DNA of 64,000 bases from Pseudomonadales bacterium (GCA_036526135.1 DATCZA010000011.1:17570-81569); one strand, 5' to 3'; positions 1 through 9,736 are shown, counted from the stretch's first letter. Numbers and translations are program-made. The notes: generated by a model from the sequence alone, not told the origin.

Positions 1-1200
1 GATGGCGTCCACGCGGGCGCGGATCTGCTCCATGATGCGGAAGTTGGTCTCGAGCTGCTTGTTGATCATCTCCTCGGCGGAGAGCCTGCGCTCGTGCTGC
101 TTGCGCTCCTTGAAGTCGGCCACCTTTCCCGACAGGTAGTCGTCGTTGGCCTTGATGGCCGTCCGCCCGGAGGAGATCTTCGAGAATCGCGCGCGCCGCG
201 CCCGGGCCCAGCCGGGTTCGTGCGACCAGGTCTCGTACTCTTCCGGCGTGGTCTCCCGCTGATCGCGCACGTCGATGGACGACGGCGTCCGCTGAAAGAC
301 GTAGAGCTCCTTCACGATCTTGGCAATCTCGGGGATCACCTGAACGGCCGTGGCGCCGGTGCCGATAATGCCCACCCGTTTGCCGGCCAGATCCACGTGA
401 TAGTTCCAGCGTGATGTGTGGAAGGACTCGCCCTTAAACGTCTCCATACCGTCGATACGCGCGAGCTGGGGCGTGGTGAGGATGCCGTTGGCCAGCACCA
501 CGAAGCGCGCGCGCATGGCGTCGCCGCGATTCGTGTAAACCGTCCAGCGACCGGCCGCCTCATCCCACTCCGTGCGATCCACGGTGGTGTGAAACAGGCA
601 GCGATCGTAGAAGCCGAACTTTTCCGCCATCCGCTGGCAGTACTCGAGGATCTCGAAACCCGAGGCGAACTTCATGCTGGGGATGTAACCCATCTCCTCC
701 AGCAGCGGGAGGTAGCTGTAGGACTCGACGTCGCAGGCGATGCCCGGGTAGCGGTTCCAGTACCAGGTGCCGCCCACGTCGCCGCCCTTCTCGCAGAAGC
801 GCACGTCGGTGAATCCGGCTGCGGAAAGCTTCTGCCAAAGGAGCAGACCGGCGAAACCCGCCCCGACCACGAGCACCTCGCACTCGTCGGTCAACGCTTC
901 CCGGGGCACCGGATCCGCGGAATAGACGTCCTCTAAGTACCTCGCGAACTCGCCTTCCATGGTCATGTAGTCGGCGGCCCCGCGACGGACCTCCTTGAAG
1001 GCCCGGTACTTCGCCTGCTCCTCGGCGTCGAACACCGCGCCCGGCGGAGCGGGCGGCAGCGTCGTCAACGCCTCGTCGGCAATCACCGAATAGCCCTTGC
1101 CCGCGATCTTGTCCGTGGCCTTTGCCGCGCGGGTGGCAAAGCGTTTGACCCCGGTCGCGGGATCCACGCGAACGGCGGGCTCTGTCCGGGCCTCGCTCAC
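1..1200 (-). CDS. Type I Baeyer-Villiger (flavin-dependent) monooxygenase, partial (C-terminus lies beyond nt 1)
   Basis: Absent from the ORF track because the frame is open at the window edge. My translation of the minus strand (codons ending at nt 1) gives ...ECEVLVVGAGFAGLLLWQKL (GxGxxG), GGTWYWNRYPG, FKGESFHTSRW (BVMO fingerprint FxGxxxHxxxW) and KRVGIIGTGATAVQ (second Rossmann motif). GTG at 1200-1198 overlaps the TGA of the upstream acyl-CoA dehydrogenase (GTGA). ATG at 966 is an alternative start. Confidence 0.8.
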   Translation of the reverse strand, partial: MSEARTEPAVRVDPATGVKRFATRAAKATDKIAGKGYSVIADEALTTLPPAPPGAVFDAEEQAKYRAFKEVRRGAADYMTMEGEFARYLEDVYSADPVPREALTDECEVLVVGAGFAGLLLWQKLSAAGFTDVRFCEKGGDVGGTWYWNRYPGIACDVESYSYLPLLEEMGYIPSMKFASGFEILEYCQRMAEKFGFYDRCLFHTTVDRTEWDEAAGRWTVYTNRGDAMRARFVVLANGILTTPQLARIDGMETFKGESFHTSRWNYHVDLAGKRVGIIGTGATAVQVIPEIAKIVKELYVFQRTPSSIDVRDQRETTPEEYETWSHEPGWARARRARFSKISSGRTAIKANDDYLSGKVADFKERKQHERRLSAEEMINKQLETNFRIMEQIRARVDAI

Positions 1201-2423
1201 AGCAGCTCGCCGCCGCAGGCGGGCGCCGTGGTACCGTGCTCCTCGTAGGCCTTGATCACGTTGGCGCCCGTGCGCCAGCGGTGCACCTCGTCCGGGCCGT
1301 CCACGAGCCGCTGGCTGCGGATGCTCGTGTACCAGCTCGCCAGCGGCGTGTCGTGGCTGTAGCCCAGCGCCCCGTGCAGCTGCAGCGCGGTGTCCACCAC
1401 CTGATGCACCATGTGCGCGAGGAACACCTTGGCGATCCCGTTCTCCTGCCTCAAGTCCATGCCTCGCTCGGCCTTGTAGGCGATGTGCAGAAGCATCAGC
1501 CGGGCCTTGTAGATCTCCGCCGCGCAGTCGGCCAGCATCCAGCGAACGCCCTGCCTATCGGCGAGCCGTTTGCCGAAGGTCTCCCGATTGACCACGTGCC
1601 CGGCGGCCAGATCCAGCGCCCGCTGCGCCATGGCCACGTTGTGCATGCCGTGACGCAGCCGGCCGTAGGCAAGCCGGTGCTGGCCCATGGCAAAGCCCTT
1701 GCCCCGGCCGCCGAGGAGGTTCTCGCGCGGTACCACGAGGTTTTCGATCTTCACCTCGGAGTGAGAGTGGCCGAGCTTGAGGCCCAGCTCAGTGTGGGGC
1801 TGCATGGTGTCGATGTTGCGCAGGATCTGATAGCCCGGGTTGGGCAGCTCGACGATGAACGTGCTGTAGCGCTCGTGGCGCGGCGCCTCCGGGTCCGTCT
1901 TGGCCATCACCACGGCGATGTCGGCGACGTCCGCCGACGAGCTGAACCACTTCTCGCCGTTGAGCACCCAGTTGTCGCCCTCCAGAACGGCCGCGGTCTG
2001 CATGCCCGTGGCGTCCGCACCCGCCGCCTTCTCCGTCATCGAGTAGCAGATGCGCTTCTGGCCGTCCAGCAGGGGCTTCAAGAACTTTTCTTTCTGGTGG
2101 TCGGTGCCGTGCTCGAGCAGCGTGAGCATGGTGGCGTCATCCGGACCCTGGGTGTTGAGCGCGAGCGCGCCAAGAAAGCTCTCGCCGAGCTCCATCTGAA
2201 CCAGGGCGTTGGCCAGCGGCTTCAGCCCCATGCCCCCGTGCTCCTCGGGGATGAACGGACACCACAGGCCCTGGGCGCGGGCCTTGCCTCTGAGCTCCGA
2301 AAGCACCTGGTCGAAATTATCCGCCGTGCATTGCGCCTCCGCCGCCACGCATTCCTTCTGCACGAACTCGCGCGCCTTGGCGCGGATGGCTTTGGTCTCG
2401 GCCGGTATCTCGAAATCGATCAT
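1197..2423 (-). CDS. Acyl-CoA dehydrogenase family protein
   Basis: 408-aa ORF. Length and motifs are typical of ACADs (..CYSMTEKAAGADATG.., ..GEKWFSS.., C-terminal ..IRSQRLVDGPDEVHR..). It is translationally coupled to the downstream BVMO. Confidence 0.9.
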   Translation of the reverse strand: MIDFEIPAETKAIRAKAREFVQKECVAAEAQCTADNFDQVLSELRGKARAQGLWCPFIPEEHGGMGLKPLANALVQMELGESFLGALALNTQGPDDATMLTLLEHGTDHQKEKFLKPLLDGQKRICYSMTEKAAGADATGMQTAAVLEGDNWVLNGEKWFSSSADVADIAVVMAKTDPEAPRHERYSTFIVELPNPGYQILRNIDTMQPHTELGLKLGHSHSEVKIENLVVPRENLLGGRGKGFAMGQHRLAYGRLRHGMHNVAMAQRALDLAAGHVVNRETFGKRLADRQGVRWMLADCAAEIYKARLMLLHIAYKAERGMDLRQENGIAKVFLAHMVHQVVDTALQLHGALGYSHDTPLASWYTSIRSQRLVDGPDEVHRWRTGANVIKAYEEHGTTAPACGGELL

Positions 2424-2516
2424 TGGTCCCTTTCCCTATGCAGGTTCGTGTCTGTCGTGACTATATCAGGAGCACGGGCGCGGGAACCACGGCAGGCCCC
2501 GAAAGGGGTGGTGCGT

Positions 2517-3848
2517 TCAGTCGGCTCCAGCCGGAGAACGGACGAGGAAGGGGACGTTGGCGTGCGCCGCGCCGCCATTGCCGTCGTATGCGTAGACGAA
2601 GACGCGATACGCCCCGGGCTCTTCGGGGGCCGTCAGCTGCGCGCGGCTCGACGACGGTTCGTCGATCAGCCCGTCCACGTCGGCGATCGCCCCCTCGAGG
2701 TCTCCTCCGACCTGCCTGGCCCGGCTCTCTGACTTGACGCTCCAGCGATAGCGCAGGGCGTCCCCTTCCGGATCGCGCACCCGGGCGAGAATGGGATACG
2801 TCTGCCCCGGAACGAGGACGATGTCCCGACCCGCCCTGCGACCGTCGAGGCGAACCGATCTGACCGCGGGGCTGCGATTGCTCGGCCATGCGCCGGTCCA
2901 GAGGTGTTGCATGACGTCGACCGACTCCGTTCTCTCACCGGTTTCGGTGAACAGCCCGTACCACGTTGGCGTCCGCTCCTGCTTCTGGCCCCACAGAAAG
3001 ACGTAGTTGCCGATGAGCTGGTCCGGATACGGCTCGATCGCCGTGGCGTGCGCCCGGCGCAGCGCCTTGGCCTTGGCAGAGCTGTCCGGCTCGATCGGCG
3101 CGCCCCAGCTGGTGGTCGCGACTTCCCAGTGTCCGGGCGGTCCCCACTCAGTGAGCACGTACGGCCCCTCGTATCCGGCCTTGCGAACCCGTCGTTGCAG
3201 GTCGAGGACGCCTGCGTAGGACTGGATGCTGAGGAAGTCGATGTCCGGCGCGCGGGCGGAGATGACCTCAGCCATGTCCGCGCTGAAGCCGGCGATGGTG
3301 GTGGTGGTGGGATGATTCCCGTCGATCTCGTGGATCATCCGGGAAATCTCGTTCACCGCGTCGTAGACCCGGGGGTTCTTGAAGTCGTGGTTCAGCTCGT
3401 TGCCAATGATCCAGGCCAGCAGGGCCGGATGATTGCGGTGCGCCAGCACGTCCGCTCTCGCTCGCTCGAACTGCGCGGCCACCGCCGCATCATCGTCGTA
3501 GTCGAAGCCGTGACGTTCCCTGGCAATGTCCAGGCACAGCGCGACCGTGAGGCCCAGACGGTGCGCTTCGTCGAGCAGCTCCCGCGCGGACTGCTCGGGA
3601 GTTCCAACCGACCAGGTCCGGATGGAGTTGCCGCCGGACTCGGCGAGCAGCGCAAGGCGCTCCAGACCGCCGACGCCCTGGATCCGGTAAGGCCGGCCAC
3701 CGCGCTCGAGCGCGTAGCCCCGCGCCGTTCGCACCACCTCGACTTTGACCGGCTCATCTGGCATCGCGCCCGCTTCCGGCACGAGCCCGGCATCGGCCAG
3801 GGACAGCAAAACGAGCACGGCTGGAAAGCGCCCGAGAATTGAAGTCAT
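2517..3848 (-). CDS. Secreted glycoside hydrolase (clan GH-A TIM-barrel type) with C-terminal beta-sandwich-like domain
   Basis: The ORF 2517..3935 was trimmed to ATG 3848 (MTSILGRFPAVLVLLSLADAG signal-like N-terminus), which overlaps the TGA of the upstream GH3 gene (ATGA). IIGNELNHD (acid/base NE) and VLTEWGPPG (nucleophile-like E) motifs are present. GH family not assignable by eye. Confidence 0.7.
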   Translation of the reverse strand: MTSILGRFPAVLVLLSLADAGLVPEAGAMPDEPVKVEVVRTARGYALERGGRPYRIQGVGGLERLALLAESGGNSIRTWSVGTPEQSARELLDEAHRLGLTVALCLDIARERHGFDYDDDAAVAAQFERARADVLAHRNHPALLAWIIGNELNHDFKNPRVYDAVNEISRMIHEIDGNHPTTTTIAGFSADMAEVISARAPDIDFLSIQSYAGVLDLQRRVRKAGYEGPYVLTEWGPPGHWEVATTSWGAPIEPDSSAKAKALRRAHATAIEPYPDQLIGNYVFLWGQKQERTPTWYGLFTETGERTESVDVMQHLWTGAWPSNRSPAVRSVRLDGRRAGRDIVLVPGQTYPILARVRDPEGDALRYRWSVKSESRARQVGGDLEGAIADVDGLIDEPSSSRAQLTAPEEPGAYRVFVYAYDGNGGAAHANVPFLVRSPAGAD

Positions 3849-6298
3849 CCGTCTCCCAGATCGATCCGAAGGTTCGACACCGAAAGACCCAGCACGCCGT
3901 CGGTCCAGATCAACCACGGGGTATCCACCGCGCATAGGTTGTCCGTCCCGCCGGCAAACGCGCTCATCTCGAAAGCGACGTCTTCCCAGGTCCCCAGCGG
4001 CAGCTCGTTGAGCATGGCCGTGATGTCGATGCTCGCCGTCTGAGGATAACCGGAGTCCATCCTGAGCTCGACCCTGCGCTGGGGCCGCACGTCCACCCGC
4101 AGCTTGCAGCGCAGTCGGGCGCCGCGGGAAGCGTGGTCGGAGAGGTCCTGGCCCGCGCTGCGCTGGAAGTAGACCTGAGCGCCTCCGCTCCCGTCCCAGC
4201 TGATGCGGCGCGCGTCCTCCTGGCTGTAGTGGTCGACGTTGGTCACCGAGACCGCGCCCGTGGGAGACCGGCTGGAGCGGCCGCGAACCGGCACTTTCCA
4301 GGCCTGGCTGTCGCCAATGAAGAACTCGAACGGCGGCACCACGCGGCCGGTGAGGATGCCGATGCTCTCGTCGGCCGCAAGGCCGAGCGCCTCGTCTTCC
4401 TCGATGAGCTCGTCACCGAGGGTATCGACGTCTGCGGCACCGAGCCCGAAGCCGTAGGGGAACAGCGGGTCGTAATCCGCATCGTGGCGATTCACCGTGG
4501 CCTGCAGCGAGGAGCGCGGCCAGGAAAAGGCCAGCCGTCCGGTAAAGTCGTGAGCGACCTCGCCACCCACGGTTCGAAAGAGCACGTCGCTCACGCCGGC
4601 GCCCTCCGAGCCCGGAAGCCAGGCCACCACGAAGGCGTCGGAAGCGTTCAGCTCGGGGTTGACCCAGAGAGGCCGGCCCGTGAGAAAGACGCTCACCACC
4701 GGGATGCCGTCGCCCTTCAGTTTCTTGAGCAGCGCAAGCCCTTCGGGAAACAGGGCGGAGAAGCTCAGATGGGCGCGGTCTCCCTGCCCCTCGGCGTACG
4801 GGTCCTCTCCGAACACCACCACCGCCACATCGGGCCGCTCGGACGAGCTGCCGTCAGGTGACAGCGTGGCCCGGCCGCCGGCGTTGGTAACCGCGGCGGA
4901 GATGCCGTCGTATATCGAGCTCGCCCCGGGGAAATCGCCGTTCTCGTTCTCGGTGCCCTGCCAGGTCAGCGTCCAGCCGCCCGACTGCTTGCCGATGTCG
5001 TCCGCCCCGTCGCCCGCTACGAGAACGTGCAGGGAAGGGTCGAGAGGTAGCATGCCGCCGCGATTCTTGAGCATCACCAGGGACTGGCGAACGGCCCGTC
5101 GAGCGACGTCGCGGTGTGCGGCGCAGCCAACCACGGCCGGATCGGTATGTGGCCGGTCGGACGACTCTGCGGGGTCGAGCAGGCCAGCGCGGGCTTTGAC
5201 GCGCAAGATCCGGGTGACCGCATCGTCGATGCGGGACATGGGAATTTGGCCGTCCTCCACCAGAGCCACCAGATCGCCGATGACCTCCTGCCAGTCGTCG
5301 GGGATCATCAGCATGTCGACGCCGGCGTTGATCGACAGCTGGCAGGCTTCCTGGCGGCAATCGGCGACCTGCTTGAAGCCGTTCCAGTCACTGACCACGA
5401 ACCCCTCGAAGCCCATCTGGCCTTTGAGCACGTCGGTGAGCAGGTAACGGTGACCGTGTACCTTTACGCCCCGCCAGCTGTTGAACGTGGCCATGACCGT
5501 CTGGGCGCCGGAGCCCAGGGCCGTGACGTAACCCTGACCGTGAACGTCGCGCAGGGTCGTCTCGTCGGCGTTGTTCTCGCCCTGGTCCACGCCTCCTTCG
5601 GTGCCGCCCTCGCCGAGAAAGTGCTTCGCCGTGGCGACCACGCGCCCGGCCCCGAGGAACGCGTCGGTACCGGCCGGACCCTGCAGGCCGGTGACCATCC
5701 GCCCGGCATAGGCGCGGATGATCTGGGGATCTTCGGAGTAGCTTTCGTAGGTGCGGCCCCAGCGGTCGTCGCGAACCACCGCCAGGGTCGGTGCGAACGT
5801 CCATCCGATGCCGGTGGCGGCAATCTCTCTGGCCGTGGCCGCGCCGATCTCTTCGATCAGGTCGGGGTCCCCGGCGGCTCCCAGGCCGATGTTGTGAGGA
5901 AATATGGTCGCGCGATAGACGTTGTTGTGACCGTGAACCGCATCGGTGCCCCAGATCAACGGGATCCCGAGCCGGCCAGGACCCGCATCGCTGGAGGCCG
6001 CGCGATAACTCTCGGCCAGCGCCACCCAGTCCGCCACCGATGCGTGCTTGTCACCGTTCGGAAACGAACCGCCTCCGTTGAGAACGGACCCAAGATGATG
6101 CTCGGCCGCCTGGGCCGGGGTGACGGCGGCAATCTCCGCCTGGATCATCTGGCCGACCTTCTGTTCCAGGGTCATCCGGGACAGCACGTCGGCGACCCGA
6201 AGCTCCGTTGCGGCATCCTGCCCCACCGGGATGGCGCAGTGCGGCCAGAAATTCGAATCGGCGGGTTTACCGCTGGTCATCGTGATCCTCAAAAACAT
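3845..6298 (-). CDS. Glycoside hydrolase family 3 beta-glucosidase / exo-beta-glucanase
   Basis: 817-aa ORF with GH3 hallmarks: ..LEQKVGQM.., ..GTDAVHGHNN.., ..AKHFLGEGG.., ..GFVVSDWNG (nucleophile Asp motif), plus a long C-terminal extension. ATG 6280 is an alternative start. Confidence 0.9.
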   Translation of the reverse strand: MFLRITMTSGKPADSNFWPHCAIPVGQDAATELRVADVLSRMTLEQKVGQMIQAEIAAVTPAQAAEHHLGSVLNGGGSFPNGDKHASVADWVALAESYRAASSDAGPGRLGIPLIWGTDAVHGHNNVYRATIFPHNIGLGAAGDPDLIEEIGAATAREIAATGIGWTFAPTLAVVRDDRWGRTYESYSEDPQIIRAYAGRMVTGLQGPAGTDAFLGAGRVVATAKHFLGEGGTEGGVDQGENNADETTLRDVHGQGYVTALGSGAQTVMATFNSWRGVKVHGHRYLLTDVLKGQMGFEGFVVSDWNGFKQVADCRQEACQLSINAGVDMLMIPDDWQEVIGDLVALVEDGQIPMSRIDDAVTRILRVKARAGLLDPAESSDRPHTDPAVVGCAAHRDVARRAVRQSLVMLKNRGGMLPLDPSLHVLVAGDGADDIGKQSGGWTLTWQGTENENGDFPGASSIYDGISAAVTNAGGRATLSPDGSSSERPDVAVVVFGEDPYAEGQGDRAHLSFSALFPEGLALLKKLKGDGIPVVSVFLTGRPLWVNPELNASDAFVVAWLPGSEGAGVSDVLFRTVGGEVAHDFTGRLAFSWPRSSLQATVNRHDADYDPLFPYGFGLGAADVDTLGDELIEEDEALGLAADESIGILTGRVVPPFEFFIGDSQAWKVPVRGRSSRSPTGAVSVTNVDHYSQEDARRISWDGSGGAQVYFQRSAGQDLSDHASRGARLRCKLRVDVRPQRRVELRMDSGYPQTASIDITAMLNELPLGTWEDVAFEMSAFAGGTDNLCAVDTPWLIWTDGVLGLSVSNLRIDLGDG

Positions 6299-6346
6299 CA
6301 GGCCAGAGATACGCGACGCGCCGCCGCGACCCCACTGGCCGCGAAT

Positions 6347-6362
6347 ATGACAACGCTGTCAT
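6347..6362. promoter_or_regulatory. LacI-family operator candidate (ATGACAACGCTGTCAT) upstream of the GH3 gene
   Basis: Quasi-palindrome TGACA-ACGC-TGTCA centred about 56 nt upstream of the GH3 ATG. The 14-mer core is the exact reverse complement of the site at 9109-9122. Confidence 0.65.
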
Positions 6363-6395
6363 TTTGACCCGAAGTTAACCCGATTCCCGGCGAGC

Positions 6396-6413
6396 TTGTC
6401 AAACGTTTGCAGG
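6396..6413. promoter_or_regulatory. Second LacI-family operator candidate (core CAAACGTTTG)
   Basis: Perfect 10-bp palindrome CAAACGTTTG (6400-6409) within TTGTCAAACGTTTGCAGG. It resembles the CG-centred LacI/PurR-type consensus. It lies between the lacI stop and the GH3 start. Confidence 0.5.
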
Positions 6414-6479
6414 GCAGATGGCCGGCACACGGCCCGCGGCGGATCTCGGCCAGGCGTCTCGGCCCGCCGTCAGCCCGCT

Positions 6480-7511
6480 TCAGTCGCCGCGCTTGGCGGT
6501 GGAGCGTCGCACGATGAGCTCGCAGGTGAAGATTTCCTCGTCGCCCTCTTCACCCACACCCCGCAGCTGGCCAATGAGCCGCTGGGTCGCTCGTGCAGCC
6601 ATCTCCACGATGGGCTGCTTGACGGTCGTCAGCGGCGGCCAGGTGTGCGACGCCGCCGGAGAGTCGTCGAATCCGGCCACGGAGAGCTCGTCGGGAACGC
6701 CGATGCCGCGCTCACGCGCGGTGAAAATGACGCCCGCCGCCATGTCGTCGTTGCTGGCAAAGATGGCCGTTGGCGGGTTCGGCAGCTCTAGGAGCTTCCG
6801 GGCGCAGCGCTGACCGGACTCGAAATCGAAGTAGCCCTGCATTACCAGGGTTTTGTCGAAGGGCATGTCGTGATCCGCGAGGCAGCGCCTGTAACCCGCC
6901 AGCCGCTTCTCCGTCGCGCCGTGATCGGGATGCCCCTTGATGAAACCGACGCGGCGGTGACCGAGAGAAATCAGGTAATCGGTCATGGCGTAGCTGGCTT
7001 CCTCGTCGTTGCACTGCACCGAGATCCACTCGGATCGGGGCGCTTTCGGGGCGAGCTGAGCAAACGGCACGCCGAGCTCCTTCAGCAGATCGGTGACCTT
7101 GGGCTCGTCGCACACGGGTGCCGTCAACACGGCGCCGTCAACGCGCGTCTGCGCCACGAACTTGCGAACCTCCTCCGAATCCACCTCCTCGCCGCAAGGC
7201 CGCATGAGGAGCGAGTAACCCTCCGCCTCGCAGGTACCGATGACGCCGTTCAGAGCGTCCTTGACGTAACCGAATTCCTGGGGATTTTCGTAAAGCAAAC
7301 CGATCGAGAACGAACGGTTGCCGGCAAGCCCGCGCGCCGAGGGGTTCGGCTGGTAATGCAGGGCCTTGGCGGCCTTGAGCACCTTTTCCCGGGTGTCCGC
7401 ACGCACGTTGGGCTCGCTGTTGAGCACCCGGGACACGGTCTTGATGGACACGCCCGCCCGCTTGGCCACATCGACGATCGTGACCTTCTGGCTGCTCTTC
7501 TGCGATCTCAT
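6480..7511 (-). CDS. LacI family transcriptional regulator
   Basis: N-terminal HTH VTIVDVAKRAGVSIKTVSRVLN followed by a periplasmic-binding-protein-like sugar-binding fold. 343 aa. Confidence 0.92.
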   Translation of the reverse strand: MRSQKSSQKVTIVDVAKRAGVSIKTVSRVLNSEPNVRADTREKVLKAAKALHYQPNPSARGLAGNRSFSIGLLYENPQEFGYVKDALNGVIGTCEAEGYSLLMRPCGEEVDSEEVRKFVAQTRVDGAVLTAPVCDEPKVTDLLKELGVPFAQLAPKAPRSEWISVQCNDEEASYAMTDYLISLGHRRVGFIKGHPDHGATEKRLAGYRRCLADHDMPFDKTLVMQGYFDFESGQRCARKLLELPNPPTAIFASNDDMAAGVIFTARERGIGVPDELSVAGFDDSPAASHTWPPLTTVKQPIVEMAARATQRLIGQLRGVGEEGDEEIFTCELIVRRSTAKRGD

Positions 7512-7575
7512 GCGTACTCCGTTTCCAGGCTCAGCGGTAAAAACCCATCAGCACACTTTCGAAACGCCGCTCATT

Positions 7576-9063
7576 CTATACGGCCGCAGCCGTCCCTGGA
7601 TCGCCGTTCAGGGCACCCCGGCGTTCCTCGAGGCGCGCTCGTACCTGATGTGCACGTTCTTCCGTAATCGGGAAGCCGGCGATAATCCAGATAGCCGCCG
7701 CGGAGCTCAGCATGGGTACGATCACGTCGAACGCGCGCATCATCAGGATCGCGCTGGCCGGCTGAGCGCCGCCGAGCGCCACGTCGAAGCCGGTGGCGTT
7801 CAAGAGAAACCCGCCGCCGGCGAGCGCCAGCGCCATGCCGAGCTTCACGACCCACCAGAAAATCGACCCGAACATGCCTTCGCGCCGTTCATGGCTTGCG
7901 AGCTCGTCCAGGTCGCAGACGTCGGCGATCATGGAGCCCATCAGGGTGAACAGACCGCCCAGGCCGAACGCGATCAGCGGCGCCGGCACGAGCAGCAGCC
8001 ACGGCACCGCCGGGTCGTAGCAGAACCACTTCAGCCCGTACCCCACAATGGAGATTCCCGTGGCGGCAAAGAAAGCCCGCCGCTTGCCGATCTTGGTGGC
8101 AAGCCAGGTGACGATGCCGATGACGACGAACGTGGAGACGGCCGACAGCGTGCCGGACCAGCCCGCGTACTCCGCGCCGGTCACCTGATCACCGGAAAAG
8201 ACGTAGTAGATGATCACGTAGAACTGGAAGGAGGAGACCAGCATGAAGCCGTTGAAGACGAGAAACGTGGCGGCGCACAGCCTGACAAACGGCTTGAACC
8301 TGAGCGTGGCGGCGAAGCCCGCAAAGAAGGACTTCACGTTGGTCAGCAAGGGATGCCGGGGTTCCCCACGGGCCAGCTGCTTTTCCGCGATCTCGGCATG
8401 AGCGACGTCCCGAAACCGCTCGCGAAGCAGCAACGCCGGCAGAACGCCCACGCACATCACCACCACGGCGATGGCTACCGACAACCCCGCGGCGCCCTCC
8501 ACCATGTCATCGAAGACCGGCTCGTACTGCATCATCCACAGGAACCAGGGAGAGATCAGATAGGCCAGCTGGCCGATGAAGTTCTGAACCCCCATGAGCC
8601 GGGTGCGCTCGTGATAGTCGGGCGTCAGCTCGTATCCCAGCGCGACCCAGGGCGTGGCGAAAACCGTGTAGGCCAGGTAGAAGATCAGCGAACCGAAGAG
8701 GAAGTAGTAGAAGTAGAAGCTTTCGCTGCGACCTGGCGGCAACTGCCACAGAAGGGCGAAGCACAACCCGGCGGCGATGGCGCCTGCGAAGATGTAAGGC
8801 CGCCGGCGCCCCCACCGCGTGTTGGTGTGGTCCGAGATGTATCCCATCAGGGGGTCTGTGAGCGCATCGGTGAGTCGCGGCAACGCTCCGAGCAGCCCCA
8901 CCAGAGCCGGGTTCATGCCGAGACCCAGGTTCAGCACGATGGCCATGCCGCCAATGGCGGCTGCCAGCAGGTTGTTGACGAAGGCCCCGAACCCGTAGAC
9001 GACCTTGTGCGCAAAGCTGATCCGGTCTTCCGGTGCGGTGGCGTAGTGCTCGGCGGAACTCAT
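7576..9063 (-). CDS. MFS transporter, glycoside-pentoside-hexuronide (GPH) cation symporter type
   Basis: 495-aa polytopic membrane protein. The N-terminal ..YGFGAF..N.. region and the DHTNTRWGRRRPY motif are typical of the GPH/MelB-like family. Confidence 0.85.
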   Translation of the reverse strand: MSSAEHYATAPEDRISFAHKVVYGFGAFVNNLLAAAIGGMAIVLNLGLGMNPALVGLLGALPRLTDALTDPLMGYISDHTNTRWGRRRPYIFAGAIAAGLCFALLWQLPPGRSESFYFYYFLFGSLIFYLAYTVFATPWVALGYELTPDYHERTRLMGVQNFIGQLAYLISPWFLWMMQYEPVFDDMVEGAAGLSVAIAVVVMCVGVLPALLLRERFRDVAHAEIAEKQLARGEPRHPLLTNVKSFFAGFAATLRFKPFVRLCAATFLVFNGFMLVSSFQFYVIIYYVFSGDQVTGAEYAGWSGTLSAVSTFVVIGIVTWLATKIGKRRAFFAATGISIVGYGLKWFCYDPAVPWLLLVPAPLIAFGLGGLFTLMGSMIADVCDLDELASHERREGMFGSIFWWVVKLGMALALAGGGFLLNATGFDVALGGAQPASAILMMRAFDVIVPMLSSAAAIWIIAGFPITEERAHQVRARLEERRGALNGDPGTAAAV

Positions 9064-9105
9064 CGGTAGGTGCGACCTGTGGGCTTCCGACCGATTAGGC
9101 CCGCT

Positions 9106-9735
9106 CTATGACAGCGTTGTCAATTCAGCCGCGGCCCCGGCCAGGCGGCCAATCGCAGAGAAGTCGCCGGCCCGCAGGCTATCGGCAGGAACGAACCAGG
9201 ATCCACCGATGCAGGCCACCGAGCCCATGTGCAGATACCCGGGGGCCAGTTCCTGGGTTATCCCGCCGGTGGGAAAGAAGCGCACCTCCGGCAGCGGTGC
9301 GGCCAGCGAGCGAAGCGCTCTGGCGCCGCCGCTCGCCTCTGCGGGGAAGAATTTCTGCAGAAAGTAACCGTGCTCCAAAAGCCCGATCATCTCCGTCGCC
9401 GTGACGGCGCCGGGCACGAAGGGCATTTTCAACCGGCGCGAAGCCGCCAGAAGCCCGTCGCTCGAGCCCGGGCTCACGGCAAAGCGGGCGCCGGCATCGC
9501 GCACCTCGAGGAGCTGCTCCGGGCGGCGGATGCTGCCCGCCCCGACCAGCACCTCGGGAACTTCCCGGGCGATCCGCCCGATGGCGTCCACAGCGCAGCC
9601 CGTGCGCAGGGTGACCTCAACGCAGCTGACCCCGGAACCGGCCAGAACTCGCGCCAGCGGCACGGCGGCATCGGCGTCCTCCAGCGCCACCACCGCGACG
9701 ATCCCGACGCCATCGAGCAGATCGCAAGCGTCCAT
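9106..9735 (-). CDS. eda: 2-keto-3-deoxy-6-phosphogluconate (KDPG) aldolase
   Basis: The ORF 9106..9897 was trimmed to ATG 9735 (MDACDLLDG..), 1 nt after the edd stop. Eda-like motifs: ..VEVTLRT.., ..VGAGSI.., ..KFFPAEASGG... Confidence 0.88.
   Translation of the reverse strand: MDACDLLDGVGIVAVVALEDADAAVPLARVLAGSGVSCVEVTLRTGCAVDAIGRIAREVPEVLVGAGSIRRPEQLLEVRDAGARFAVSPGSSDGLLAASRRLKMPFVPGAVTATEMIGLLEHGYFLQKFFPAEASGGARALRSLAAPLPEVRFFPTGGITQELAPGYLHMGSVACIGGSWFVPADSLRAGDFSAIGRLAGAAAELTTLS
9109..9122. promoter_or_regulatory. LacI-family operator candidate (TGACAGCGTTGTCA) upstream of the GPH transporter gene
   Basis: Exact reverse complement of the 14-mer at 6348-6361. It is centred about 52 nt upstream of the transporter ATG (9063) and overlaps the last codons of eda. 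Confidence 0.65.
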
Positions 9736-9736
9736 C

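Noticed and set aside
7558-7565. TTTCGAAA palindrome between lacI and the GPH transporter gene, considered as a further LacI operator.
   Set aside because: It is only 8 bp, lacks the flanking TG..CA arms, and is unrelated to the 14-mer repeated at 6348 and 9109.
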